The notes below the pieces were generated by a model. That model did not search any database. It saw only the letters and a program-made list of their open reading frames with translations, and had not been told where the DNA came from. 32,000 bases of DNA from Alkalilimnicola ehrlichii MLHE-1 (GTDB lineage Bacteria; Pseudomonadota; Gammaproteobacteria; Nitrococcales; Halorhodospiraceae): positions 1,710,001 through 1,742,000 of the forward strand of contig NC_008340.1 in assembly GCF_000014785.1 (NCBI RefSeq), read 5' to 3'. Every line of letters starts with the position of its first letter. The first letter of the stretch is position 1. Shown here piece after piece: positions 1 to 9,101 of the stretch. Position numbers and translations under genes: made by a program.

Positions 1-1184
1 CCCTGCGCGATGCGGTCCTGGCCTTAGTGCAAGTGGCTCAATCCCGTTTGATGCTGCTCAATGCCCAGCGCAATGCCCGCTATCAGCGGAGAGTAAGGGC
101 TTGTCGCGCCCGCCTCGTGCTGGAACGCCGGCCACGGGCAACCCGGTTGTCGGAACTGGTGGCGGATCATGGGGCGGATTGGCTGACGCTTTTCCGGGCG
201 TGTGGTATCGCCCTGGCCTATCGCGGTCAGTATCACACCTTCGGCACGGCACCACCCGACCGGACGCTGGCAGCCTTGGTGCAGGGCCTGGTCAGGTTGG
301 CGCCCAGGGATGCATCCTGGAGCTGGCACTCTCCGGACGACTGGCCGGTGGCGGCCGAACTCCCGCGCGGGCGCTGCTGCGGTCTGTTGGCCGCACCGGT
401 GCTGGTGGATTCGGAGCAGCCGGCGTTTCTGCTCTTCTTTCGGGCCGAGAACGTTCAAACCCGGCTTTGGGCAGGCCGGCCTGAGGCCCTCTGGGGCGCC
501 GAGAAGGTCGCCGCCCCCCTCACCCCCCGCCATTCCTTCGCGGCCTGGCGCGAGGAGGTCCGCGGCCACAGCGCGCCATGGCGTGATATCGAGCGAGAGG
601 CGGTCCTGGACCTGGCCGACGAAGTGGCCGTGCTGCTCTCCAGAAAGGAGATCGACCTGCTCAATGCCCAGTTGACCGAGGCCAACCGGCGGCTGAAGCG
701 CCAGGCCACCACCGATTCACTCACCGGCGTCTGGAACCGCTACCGCATGCAGGAGCAGATCGAGCTGGAGCGCGGCGCCCACGAGCGGTATGGCACCCCC
801 TGTTCGTTGCTGCTCTTCGACATCGATCATTTCAAGGCCGTCAACGACCAGTATGGGCACGAGGCCGGCGACCAAGTCCTGGTCGCCCTGGCCCGCGCGG
901 TGGTGGGGGAACTCCGGGCCACCGATTTTCTCGGTCGCTGGGGCGGTGAGGAGTTCATCGTGCTGGCCACGAACAGTGCCCCGGAGGAGGCATGGACCCT
1001 GGCCGAGCGGCTGCGACAGTGCATCGCCGGGCTGCGGTTTCCCGGCGTGGGACCGGTCACCATCAGTGTGGGGGTGGCATCGCTGAGCCGCGGGGATACG
1101 GTGGATCGCCTGATCGACCGCGCAGACCGGGCGATGTACCGGGCTAAGCAGCGCGGCCGTAATCGGGTGGAGCAGGCCGAATGA
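1..1184 (+). CDS. Bacteriophytochrome-type PHY domain plus GGDEF diguanylate cyclase, 5' part outside the window (partial)
   Basis: The reading frame is open from base 3 (L R D A V L A L ...) through the listed GTG at 27, so the gene probably starts upstream. The PHY tongue signatures WAG and PRxSF are visible (LWAGRPE...LTPRHSFAAWREEVRG), followed by GGDEF motifs (TTDSLTGVWNR, FDIDHFKAVND, RWGGEEF) with an RxxD I-site (RATD) five residues before GGEEF. Confidence 0.9.
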   Translation, partial: LRDAVLALVQVAQSRLMLLNAQRNARYQRRVRACRARLVLERRPRATRLSELVADHGADWLTLFRACGIALAYRGQYHTFGTAPPDRTLAALVQGLVRLAPRDASWSWHSPDDWPVAAELPRGRCCGLLAAPVLVDSEQPAFLLFFRAENVQTRLWAGRPEALWGAEKVAAPLTPRHSFAAWREEVRGHSAPWRDIEREAVLDLADEVAVLLSRKEIDLLNAQLTEANRRLKRQATTDSLTGVWNRYRMQEQIELERGAHERYGTPCSLLLFDIDHFKAVNDQYGHEAGDQVLVALARAVVGELRATDFLGRWGGEEFIVLATNSAPEEAWTLAERLRQCIAGLRFPGVGPVTISVGVASLSRGDTVDRLIDRADRAMYRAKQRGRNRVEQAE

Positions 1185-1206
1185 GCTCGATCGTGGCTCT
1201 GGGCAG

Positions 1207-1253
1207 TGATCGCTGGCCGCCGCCCTTGTACTTCCGGCGGGGAACAGCGATCA
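1207..1253. promoter_or_regulatory. Strong intergenic stem-loop (tgatcgctg-g-ccgccg-N12-cggcgg-ggaa-cagcgatca), function unknown
   Basis: 9-bp perfect outer stem 1207-1215/1245-1253 and 6-bp perfect inner stem 1217-1222/1235-1240, with no T-run after it. Confidence 0.6.
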
Positions 1254-1288
1254 TCCCCGGGGTCTAACACTTCCTGCCCAGGCGATTC

Positions 1289-2263
1289 ATGTTGTTCGAG
1301 ACCAGCCCGGCCAACCAGGGCGAACATCGCTGTACGCTGGTTGCCAGCGACGGGACCCGCCTTGCCTACCAGATCCGGCCCACCAGCGGCCGCCGCCGGG
1401 GCGTACTGGTCGCACTGCACGGACTGAGCAGCAACATGAGTCGCTGGGCTGAGTTCAGCGCCCAGACTCGCCTGACCCGCAACTGGGAGATTATCCGCAC
1501 CGATCTGCGCGGCCACGGCCAGTCCCTGGACTGGCGGCCGGTGGACCTGGGGCGCTGGTGCCGGGACCTGCTCTCATTGCTGGACACGGAAGGGCACCAG
1601 CGCGCAGTGCTGGTGGGCCACTGCCTGGGCGCCGCGGTGGCGGCGGAGTTTGCGCGCCGCCACCCGGACCGGGTTCAGGGCTTGGTCCTGGTGGAGCCCC
1701 TGTTGCCAGAGGCGCTGCCCGCGCGGCTGCAACGCTATTACCGCTGGCGCGGCCTGCTCCGGCCGCTGCTGGCCGCGGCCCATGCCGCCTACGCCGTGGG
1801 GCTGCACCGGCGTCGCTACCGCAGCGTGGACCTGGTGGCGCTCGACCGCGCGGCCCGCGAGCGCATGGCCCAGGAGGGGGGGGCGGATGTCATCCGCAAG
1901 AGCCACGGCCGCCCCCTGGACGACATGCGACGCATGCCCTGGGCGCTCTATGTGGAGGCCCTGCTGGCCACGGTGGGGCTGCCGGGCGATCGTCTGGCGG
2001 AGATCGGGGCGCCGACGCTGGCTCTGCTCTCCAATGGCTCGGATCTGTCCGACTGCCAGGTCACGCGCCGCTACCTGGAGGCCATGCCCCGGTGCGAGGT
2101 GCGGGTACTCGACGCCCACCACTGGCTGCCCACCGAGCGACCGGACGATGTCCGGATCCAGATCGAGGCCTTCTGCCGAGGCCTCGAGATCGAGGCGGGC
2201 GAGCCCCTGGAGGCGGCCTCCGCCGACCCCGAGGCGAGCCCCTCTCAGAGGACCCGGCCGTAG
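1289..2263 (+). CDS. Alpha/beta hydrolase fold protein
   Basis: Oxyanion region [10 protein letters not shown], nucleophile elbow [12 protein letters not shown]-terminal DAHHWLP. Confidence 0.88.
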   Translation: MLFETSPANQGEHRCTLVASDGTRLAYQIRPTSGRRRGVLVALHGLSSNMSRWAEFSAQTRLTRNWEIIRTDLRGHGQSLDWRPVDLGRWCRDLLSLLDTEGHQRAVLVGHCLGAAVAAEFARRHPDRVQGLVLVEPLLPEALPARLQRYYRWRGLLRPLLAAAHAAYAVGLHRRRYRSVDLVALDRAARERMAQEGGADVIRKSHGRPLDDMRRMPWALYVEALLATVGLPGDRLAEIGAPTLALLSNGSDLSDCQVTRRYLEAMPRCEVRVLDAHHWLPTERPDDVRIQIEAFCRGLEIEAGEPLEAASADPEASPSQRTRP

Positions 2264-3576
2264 AGGTCGTGCTCGTCCGCGTCCTCCAGCCGGGCCGGCA
2301 CCCATTGGCCGGGCGCGCAACCCTCGGCCCCCCGCAGATGGATCACACCATCCACCTCCGGCGCCTCCAACTGCGACCGCCCCACCGCCGCATCCCCGTC
2401 CACGGCGTCCAGCAGCACGGTGCACTCCGTGCCCACGCGCCGCGCCAGGCGCCGGGCGCTGATCTCGGCCTGCAACGCCATCAGCCGGGCCTGGCGCTGC
2501 TCGGCGATCGCCTCCGGCACCGGATCCGCCAGGGCGTTGGCGGCCGCACCCTCCACCGGTGAATAGGTGAAGCACCCGACCCGGTCCAGTTCCGCTGCCT
2601 CCAGGAATTCGAGCAGCACCTGGAAATCGTCCTCGGTCTCGCCAGGGAAGCCGACAATGAAGGTGGAGCGCAGGGTCAGGTCCGGACAGCGCTGGCGCCA
2701 GCGACGGATCCTCTCGAGCACCGCCTCGCCGCCGGCGGGGCGGCGCATGGCCTTGAGGATGCGGGGACTGGCGTGCTGCAACGGCATATCCAGGTAGGGG
2801 GCAATGCGCCCCTCCGCCATCAGCGGGATCAGTTCGTCCACGTGGGGGTAGGGATAGACATAGTGCAGCCGCACCCAAACGCCCAGTTCGGCGAGGGCGT
2901 CGGCCAGCTCGGTCATGCGCGTGCGCCGGGGGACACCGCGCCATTCCGCCGCCGCATAACGGGTATCCACCCCGTAGGCGGAGGTGTCCTGGGAGATGAC
3001 CAGCAGCTCGCGCACCCCGTCCCCGACCAGCCGCTCCGCCTCGGCGAGCACCTGGTCCACCGGCCGGCTCACCAGCCGGCCCCGGAGCTGGGGGATAATG
3101 CAGAAGGTGCAGTGGTGATTACAGCCCTCGGAGATCTTCAGATAGGCGTAGTGGCGCGGGGTGAGCTTGACACCGCTGGCCGGCAGCAGGCCAGTGAAGG
3201 CATCCCGGGCCGGCGGGGGGCACTGGGCGTGCACGGCCGCCATCACCGCCTCGTAGTCCTGCGGGCCGGTGATGGCCAGCACCCCCGGATGGGTCTCTCG
3301 GATCAGATCGCCCTTGGTGCCCAGACACCCGGTGACCACCACCTTGCCGTTCTCATCCAGGGCCTCACCGATCGCGTCCAGCGATTCCGCCTGAGCCGCC
3401 TCAATGAAGGCGCAGGTGTTGACCACCACCACATCGGCCTCCTCGTAGCCGCCGACGATCTCATAGCCCTCCACCCGGAGCTGGGTCAGGATGCGCTCGG
3501 AGTCGACCAGCGCCTTGGGGCACCCCAGGCTGACAAAGCCCACGCGGGGCGAATTGGCGGCAACGATTGCAGACAT
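2245..3576 (-). CDS. rimO: Ribosomal protein S12 methylthiotransferase RimO (radical SAM)
   Basis: [23 protein letters not shown], radical [32 protein letters not shown]-type motif ([18 protein letters not shown]). Start chosen at 3576 ([14 protein letters not shown]) rather than the ORF-track 3621. Confidence 0.95.
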   Translation of the reverse strand: MSAIVAANSPRVGFVSLGCPKALVDSERILTQLRVEGYEIVGGYEEADVVVVNTCAFIEAAQAESLDAIGEALDENGKVVVTGCLGTKGDLIRETHPGVLAITGPQDYEAVMAAVHAQCPPPARDAFTGLLPASGVKLTPRHYAYLKISEGCNHHCTFCIIPQLRGRLVSRPVDQVLAEAERLVGDGVRELLVISQDTSAYGVDTRYAAAEWRGVPRRTRMTELADALAELGVWVRLHYVYPYPHVDELIPLMAEGRIAPYLDMPLQHASPRILKAMRRPAGGEAVLERIRRWRQRCPDLTLRSTFIVGFPGETEDDFQVLLEFLEAAELDRVGCFTYSPVEGAAANALADPVPEAIAEQRQARLMALQAEISARRLARRVGTECTVLLDAVDGDAAVGRSQLEAPEVDGVIHLRGAEGCAPGQWVPARLEDADEHDLYGRVL

Positions 3577-3724
3577 GGCGGTGGTCACCTGAACGGCAGG
3601 GGGACGATCGTGAGGCCGCACCGGGCCACGCTGACCGGCCCGATGCGGCAGGAGATGGTAATCGGTCCGCGCTGCCGCCGCAAACCGTCTAGGTCACCAC
3701 CCGTCTGCGTGGTGCCAACGCCAA

Positions 3725-4381
3725 TCAGAACCGGTACCCGATCACCAGGTGGAAGTCCTGGGCGTGCGGGTCCGCCTCCACCTCGTCGCCGTCAATACGG
3801 AAGTCTTCGGACCCGTAGACGGTCTGGGTGTACTCAATACGGAAAAAGACATTGTCCTGAGTGGCCATCTCCACCCCGGCACCGAAGCGGAAGCCATCGA
3901 AGTCCTTGTCATCCTTGTCCACCCCGGCCACGCTCAGCTCGGCGTTGGTCCGCTGCCACCCGGCCAGGCCGTAGAGCAGTACACGGTCGCTGATCACCCG
4001 GCCGAGGCGCGCATCGATCCCGTAGCTCTCCTCCACGTCCAAGTCGGCGTCCGTGCCCAACGACGCATCGGCGTTGTTCAACAGGAAATTCCCCTGGAAC
4101 CCGAAGTACCAGCCGTCGTTGACCGTCCCGGTGCCGAGCAGCACGCCGCTGCTCACTCCGCTGGCGGCAAGCCCTTTGATCGAGTCGCCATCGGTCTCGA
4201 TATCGGTGTCGTAGCCGGCCCAACCGATCTGGCCACCCAGGTAAACCCCGTGGAACGCATTGTTGGCCAGCGCGGTGGCGGGCCCACCGGCCAGCAGGGC
4301 CGCCACCGCGGCCGCACACAGTCCGCTCGCCACGGCGCCGCGGCCACCGCGATGAGGCTTCCCGACGTTATCCCGTTTCAT
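3725..4381 (-). CDS. Outer-membrane beta-barrel protein (opacity/OmpA-like barrel)
   Basis: Signal peptide after MKRDNVGKPHRGG (VAALLAGGPATALAN), N-terminal FHGVYLGGQIGWAGYD, C-terminal aromatic FHLVIGYRF typical of OMP barrels. Start set at 4381. Confidence 0.8.
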   Translation of the reverse strand: MKRDNVGKPHRGGRGAVASGLCAAAVAALLAGGPATALANNAFHGVYLGGQIGWAGYDTDIETDGDSIKGLAASGVSSGVLLGTGTVNDGWYFGFQGNFLLNNADASLGTDADLDVEESYGIDARLGRVISDRVLLYGLAGWQRTNAELSVAGVDKDDKDFDGFRFGAGVEMATQDNVFFRIEYTQTVYGSEDFRIDGDEVEADPHAQDFHLVIGYRF

Positions 4382-4509
4382 CCGTCGCTCCTTGTCCGTT
4401 ATGGTTTGGCACACTGATTGAGGCGCGACCTCGCACACTGTCGCAAGTTTGCCACGCCCAGGCCACGGCCGTGGCCTGGATACCACTATAGACGCGGATC
4501 CTACAGCCG

Positions 4510-5598
4510 ATGCCTTTCAATGCCCAGCCGTCAACCCCGAAGCCCCGGGAGATCCTCATCGTCGGCCAGGGCCTGGCCGGCAGCCTGCTCGCCATGGCCC
4601 TGCTGCGTCACGGCCTGCGCCCCCGGGTGGTGGAGGACGACCGGCCGGGTTCGGCCAGCCTCGCCGCGGCCGGGATTACCAGCCCGGTCACCGGCCCCCG
4701 CCTAGCGCGCATCCCCCTCGCCGACCAAGTGCTGCCCGCGATCCCCGAGCTGACCCGCGACCTGGAGCATCAGCTCGGCCGGCGCCTCTTCCACCCCCGG
4801 CCCATCGCGCGCCTGTTCGGCAGCGAGCAGGAACAGCGGCGCTGGCAGGAGCGCCGCGTTAAGCCGGGCTTTGCAGAGCTGCTAGGGCCACGCTTTGAGG
4901 CGGGCAGCCTTCCGGGCGTACACGGGGACCCGCTGGGCGGCTTCCACCTGCACCAGGGGGGCTGGTGGGACCTGCCCGGCCTGCTCAGCGCGGTCCGGGA
5001 GCGGCTGAAGGCCGAGGGCCTGCTGAGCGTGGAAACCGTCGACCACGCGGATTTCAAACCGGGGCGGGCGGGGGTGCGCTGGGCCGGCAGGGACTGGGAC
5101 CGGGTGGTCTTCTGCGAAGGCCACCGCGCCCTGGACAACCCCTGGTTCGCCCGCCTGCCCTACCGCTACGCCCGTGGCGAGGTACTCACCCTGCGCTCCG
5201 CGCACCCCCTGCCCCGGCGGATCATCGCCGGCGGCAAGGGGGTCCTGCCCCTGGATGAGCACACCCTGCGCGTGGGCGCCACCTTCCATCGGGCGGACCG
5301 CGACACCGGCTTCCGGGCGGGCGACGAGACGGCCCTTCTGGAGACCGCCGCGCGCCTTCTGGGCCACGATCGGCTGGAGGTGTTGGACCGGCGGGTCGGC
5401 GTGCGCTGCGGCTCCCGGCATAATGTACCGTTCGTCGGCGCCCACCCCTCGGAGCCCCGGCTCTATATCCTCAACGGCCTGGGCTCCAAGGGCACACTCC
5501 AGGCCCCCTATTACGCGCAGCGGCTGGCCGACCACCTCGCCCGGGGCACCCCCCTGCCCCGGGCCTGCGCCCTGCCGCTGGCTGACGACGAGGGCTAA
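4510..5598 (+). CDS. FAD-dependent oxidoreductase (DAO family)
   Basis: N-terminal dinucleotide-binding motif ILIVGQGLAGSLLAMALLRHG, later SRHNVPFVGAHPSEPRLYILNGLGSKGTLQAPYYAQRLADHL. Confidence 0.82.
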   Translation: MPFNAQPSTPKPREILIVGQGLAGSLLAMALLRHGLRPRVVEDDRPGSASLAAAGITSPVTGPRLARIPLADQVLPAIPELTRDLEHQLGRRLFHPRPIARLFGSEQEQRRWQERRVKPGFAELLGPRFEAGSLPGVHGDPLGGFHLHQGGWWDLPGLLSAVRERLKAEGLLSVETVDHADFKPGRAGVRWAGRDWDRVVFCEGHRALDNPWFARLPYRYARGEVLTLRSAHPLPRRIIAGGKGVLPLDEHTLRVGATFHRADRDTGFRAGDETALLETAARLLGHDRLEVLDRRVGVRCGSRHNVPFVGAHPSEPRLYILNGLGSKGTLQAPYYAQRLADHLARGTPLPRACALPLADDEG

Positions 5599-5621
5599 CG
5601 GCGGCAGGGGCCCCGGCGCCC

Positions 5622-6203
5622 TCAGTCGGCCGCGCCACCGCCCTCGGCCCCGGCCGCCGGCAGCCGCAAAAAGTGCGCCCGGTAGTGGCGTAGCTCCGCC
5701 ACCGACTCCCGAATGTCCTCCAGCGCCTGGTGGGTCGCCTTCTTGCTGAAGCCCTGGAGCACCTCCGGGTGCCAGCGGTTGGCCAGCAGCTTCAGGGTGC
5801 TGACATCGAGGTTGCGGTAGTGGAACCAGGCCTCCAGCCGCGGCATGTAGCGGTACAGAAACCGCCGGTCCTGACAGATGCTGTTGCCGCACATGGGCGA
5901 GGCCCGCTCCGGCACCCAGCGGCGCAAAAAGGCCAGGGTCTCCGCCTCTGCAGCGGCCTCGTCCAGGTGGCTTGCGCGTACCCGTTCGATCAGGCCGGAT
6001 TCGCCGTGGGTGCGGGTGTTCCACTCGTCCATGGCGGCCAGCGCCTGCTCGGATTGACGCACCGCCAACACCGGCCCCTCGGCCAGGATGTTCAGCTGGC
6101 TGTCGGTGACCAGGGTGGCGATCTCGATGATGCGGTCGGTATCCGGATCGAGCCCGGTCATTTCCAGGTCCAGCCAGACCAGATTGTGCTCGGAAAAACC
6201 CAT
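5622..6203 (-). CDS. orn: Oligoribonuclease
   Basis: [81 protein letters not shown]. Confidence 0.97.
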   Translation of the reverse strand: MGFSEHNLVWLDLEMTGLDPDTDRIIEIATLVTDSQLNILAEGPVLAVRQSEQALAAMDEWNTRTHGESGLIERVRASHLDEAAAEAETLAFLRRWVPERASPMCGNSICQDRRFLYRYMPRLEAWFHYRNLDVSTLKLLANRWHPEVLQGFSKKATHQALEDIRESVAELRHYRAHFLRLPAAGAEGGGAAD

Positions 6204-6352
6204 GTCCGCTCCTCAGCCTGAGATTGGGGCCAGTTTACTGGATGAGTCCCGCCATGTGGGCCTGCAGTCCCGTACGCACCGTGGCACAATCCCGCAGCAG
6301 GAGGCACCAGCCACGCCCTGACCACAACCACCCGGGGGACGGAGAACCACCA

Positions 6353-7246
6353 GTGAGCCCAGCAGCCGGACAAACGGGCCGGGTCGTCAGCCACCACGGC
6401 CGCGAGAGCCTGGTCGAAGACCGGGAGGGCCGCCTGTATCGCTGTCTGTCGCTAAAGCGGGTCGGGCGCCCCCTGTGCGGCGACTACGTGGATTGGCACC
6501 CGGAGACGGACGAAACCGGGGTGATCGACCGCATTCATCCGCGCCACGGCGTCATCGCACGCACCGCCTACAACGGCCGGGTGCAGGCCATCGCCGCCAA
6601 CGTCGACCGCATGGTGGTGGTTTCCGCGTTGGAGCCGCCGCCGGACCCGGAACTGATCAACCGCTACCTGGTGCTGGCCCACCACCTGGCGGTGGAACCG
6701 TTGCTCTGGCTCAACAAGACCGACCTGGACCCGGACCAGGCGGAGCGGCTGCTCGCGTCGGTCTTCGCCGGCCACCGGGCCCGGGGGGTGGCGGTAATGG
6801 CCGGCAGTCCCCACACCGGCGAGGGCATGGAGACGCTGCGGGAGGCGCTGCGGGAGGGCACCAGTGTGCTGGTCGGCCTATCCGGCGTGGGCAAGTCGTC
6901 GCTGATCAAGGCCCTGCTCCCCGACCGTGACCTGCGCATTGGCGATCTCTCGGCGCGGAGCGGTCTGGGCCGCCACACCACCACCGAGACCACCCTCTAC
7001 CACCTGCCCGAGGGGGGCGATCTCATCGACTCCCCCGGTATCCGTGCCCTGCGCCTGGCCAACATCCCGCGCGAGGCGTTGCAACCCGCCTTTCCGGAGA
7101 TCGCCCGGGTGGCCAGCGGCTGCCGGTTCCATAACTGTCAGCACCGCAACGAGCCCGGTTGCGCGGTCCGCGCCGCCGTCGAGCGGGGTGAGATCGAGCC
7201 AGGACGGCTGGCCACCCTGCACCACCTGCTGGACGAAGCCGCCTGA
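6353..7246 (+). CDS. rsgA: Small ribosomal subunit biogenesis GTPase RsgA
   Basis: Circularly permuted GTPase: NKTDLD (G4), GLSGVGKSSLIKAL (G1), DSPGIRAL (G3), C-terminal zinc motif CRFHNCQHRNEPGCAVRAAVE. GTG start at 6353 with upstream ggagaa is more plausible than 6224. Confidence 0.93.
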   Translation: MSPAAGQTGRVVSHHGRESLVEDREGRLYRCLSLKRVGRPLCGDYVDWHPETDETGVIDRIHPRHGVIARTAYNGRVQAIAANVDRMVVVSALEPPPDPELINRYLVLAHHLAVEPLLWLNKTDLDPDQAERLLASVFAGHRARGVAVMAGSPHTGEGMETLREALREGTSVLVGLSGVGKSSLIKALLPDRDLRIGDLSARSGLGRHTTTETTLYHLPEGGDLIDSPGIRALRLANIPREALQPAFPEIARVASGCRFHNCQHRNEPGCAVRAAVERGEIEPGRLATLHHLLDEAA

Positions 7247-7261
7247 TCGGCGCTACCGGCG

Positions 7262-8119
7262 CTACAGGGCGTCGGGTGCCACCGACTCCGGGCTGCGCAT
7301 GGCCTGATCGGCCTCGGGGGTCAGAAGGATGATGCTGATCCGCCGATTCACCGGGGCCATGGGATTGTCCGGATCCAGCGGCTGCGTCTCCGCCACCCCG
7401 ACCACCTGAGCCACCCGATAGGGAGCAATGCCGCTGGCGGTCAGCGTCCGCCGCGCCGCATTGGCCCGGTCGGTGGAGAGCTCCCAGTTGGTGTAGTCAC
7501 GCCGGCCGACAAAGGGCCGGGCGTCGGTGTGCCCCGAGATGCGCAACGCGTTCGGCACCCGCTCCAACACCCCGGTGAGGCCGGAGAGGATCTCCGCTGC
7601 GTAGCTGCGCAGGCGGGCACTGCCCAGGTCAAACATCGGCCGGTTCTCGGCGTCCACCAACTGGATGCGCAGGCCATCCGGGGTCATGTCCATCAGCACC
7701 TGATCGCGGAACTCAGCCAGTTCCTCTTTCTCCTCCAGGGCCCGCTCCAACTCGCTGAGCAGGTCGCGCATGGCGCCCTCACTGATCCAGGCCCCCTCGT
7801 CCCGCTGCTGGTCCATCGGTGTCGGCGTCTCACCCAGCTCCAGCGGCGTGGGCGAGCCCCCTTCCAGATCCAGCATGGAGGGCGCCGACTCGGCCCCGCT
7901 GTCATCGACCAGCGTCGGGTTGCGAAAGTAGTCAGCCACCGCCGCACGCTGCGGGTCGTCCATGGCGGTCACGATCCAGAGCACCAGGAACATGGCGAAC
8001 ATCGCGGTCATGAAGTCGGCGAAGGCGACCTTCCACGACCCGCCGTGGTGCCCGCCGACCACCTTCTTGACCCGCTTGACAACAATGGGCCGCGTGCGGT
8101 TGTCCTCGAAACCGGCCAT
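7262..8119 (-). CDS. motB: Flagellar motor stator protein MotB
   Basis: WKVAFADFMTAMFAMFLVLWIV transmembrane helix with conserved Asp; OmpA-type peptidoglycan-binding domain (LRISGHTDARPF...NWELSTDRANAARRTL). Confidence 0.93.
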   Translation of the reverse strand: MAGFEDNRTRPIVVKRVKKVVGGHHGGSWKVAFADFMTAMFAMFLVLWIVTAMDDPQRAAVADYFRNPTLVDDSGAESAPSMLDLEGGSPTPLELGETPTPMDQQRDEGAWISEGAMRDLLSELERALEEKEELAEFRDQVLMDMTPDGLRIQLVDAENRPMFDLGSARLRSYAAEILSGLTGVLERVPNALRISGHTDARPFVGRRDYTNWELSTDRANAARRTLTASGIAPYRVAQVVGVAETQPLDPDNPMAPVNRRISIILLTPEADQAMRSPESVAPDAL

Positions 8120-8123
8120 GGCG

Positions 8124-8981
8124 TCAGGCGTTGTGCCCCTTCACGTGATTCTCCAGCTCCTCGAAGCTCGGCCGCTCGGCCTCGTACATCGCCTTGCGTC
8201 CGAACTCCACGGCCACCACCGGCTTGTAGCCATTGAGGACAGCCATGATGGTCACCTTGATCACCTCCAGGTACTTGGCCTTCTCCCGGGCCCGGTGCTC
8301 CATGGCGATCCCCAGTGGCCCGACCAGCGAGTAGCCCGCCAGGATGCCGATAAAGGTACCGATCAGCGCAGCGGCGACCAGGGAGCCGATCTGCTGGACG
8401 GGGCCGTCGATCTCGCCCATAGCAATCACAATGCCGAGCAGCGCGGCGATGATACCGAACCCGGGCAGGGCGTCGGCCACTCGGTTGACCGCATGGGCCG
8501 GCAGTTCCGCCTCCTGGTGGTGGGTCTCCAGCTCCACATCCATGAGGTTTTCCAGCTCGAAGGGGTTCATGTTCCCGCCGACCATCAGCCGCAGGTAGTC
8601 GCAGAGGAAATGCAGCGCTTCGTGGTCGTTGAGCACCGAGGGGTACTTGCGGAACAGTTCGCTCTCGTGGGGGTTGTCCACGTCGGCCTCGATGGAGAGC
8701 AGGCCATCGCGCTGCGTCTTCTGGAAGACCTCGTAGAGCAGCGCCAGCAAATCCATATAGTGCTGCTTGCGGTAGGGCGGGCCCTTCATGATCCGGGGGA
8801 CATTGCCTGCCACCTGCTTGACCACCTTCATGGGGTTGGCGATCAGAAAGGCACCGCCGGCGGCCCCGAAGATGATCAACACCTCGAAAGGCTGCCAAAG
8901 CACGGCGAGATTACCGCCGTGGGCGGTATACCCCACCGCGACCGAGACCAGAACGATGATGACGCCAAGAATGAGCTTCAT
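8124..8981 (-). CDS. motA: Flagellar motor stator protein MotA
   Basis: N-terminal MKLILGVIIVLVSVAVGYTAHGG, LPGFGIIAALLGIVIAM, IGTFIGILAGYSLVGPL; directly upstream of motB. Confidence 0.94.
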   Translation of the reverse strand: MKLILGVIIVLVSVAVGYTAHGGNLAVLWQPFEVLIIFGAAGGAFLIANPMKVVKQVAGNVPRIMKGPPYRKQHYMDLLALLYEVFQKTQRDGLLSIEADVDNPHESELFRKYPSVLNDHEALHFLCDYLRLMVGGNMNPFELENLMDVELETHHQEAELPAHAVNRVADALPGFGIIAALLGIVIAMGEIDGPVQQIGSLVAAALIGTFIGILAGYSLVGPLGIAMEHRAREKAKYLEVIKVTIMAVLNGYKPVVAVEFGRKAMYEAERPSFEELENHVKGHNA

Positions 8982-9032
8982 AAATGGATTCGGCGGGTGC
9001 GCCGCATTTCCCTGCGTTTTGGAGCGGATTTG

Positions 9033-9052
9033 GCTAGTCAGTATATACTAGC
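9033..9052. promoter_or_regulatory. Inverted repeat gctagt-cagtatat-actagc in the divergent motA / HDOD-gene spacer, candidate operator
   Basis: gctagt (9033-9038) is the perfect reverse complement of actagc (9047-9052). Confidence 0.35.
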
Positions 9053-9101
9053 GACCAGAGAGGCCCAATCATGAGCAGCCCCGCGGGGAAAGGCGCGCGC
9101 A

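Noticed and set aside
1574-2944. 456-aa minus-strand ORF overlapping the hydrolase and rimO
   Set aside because: Opposite or out of frame to two well-supported genes, with no family resemblance.
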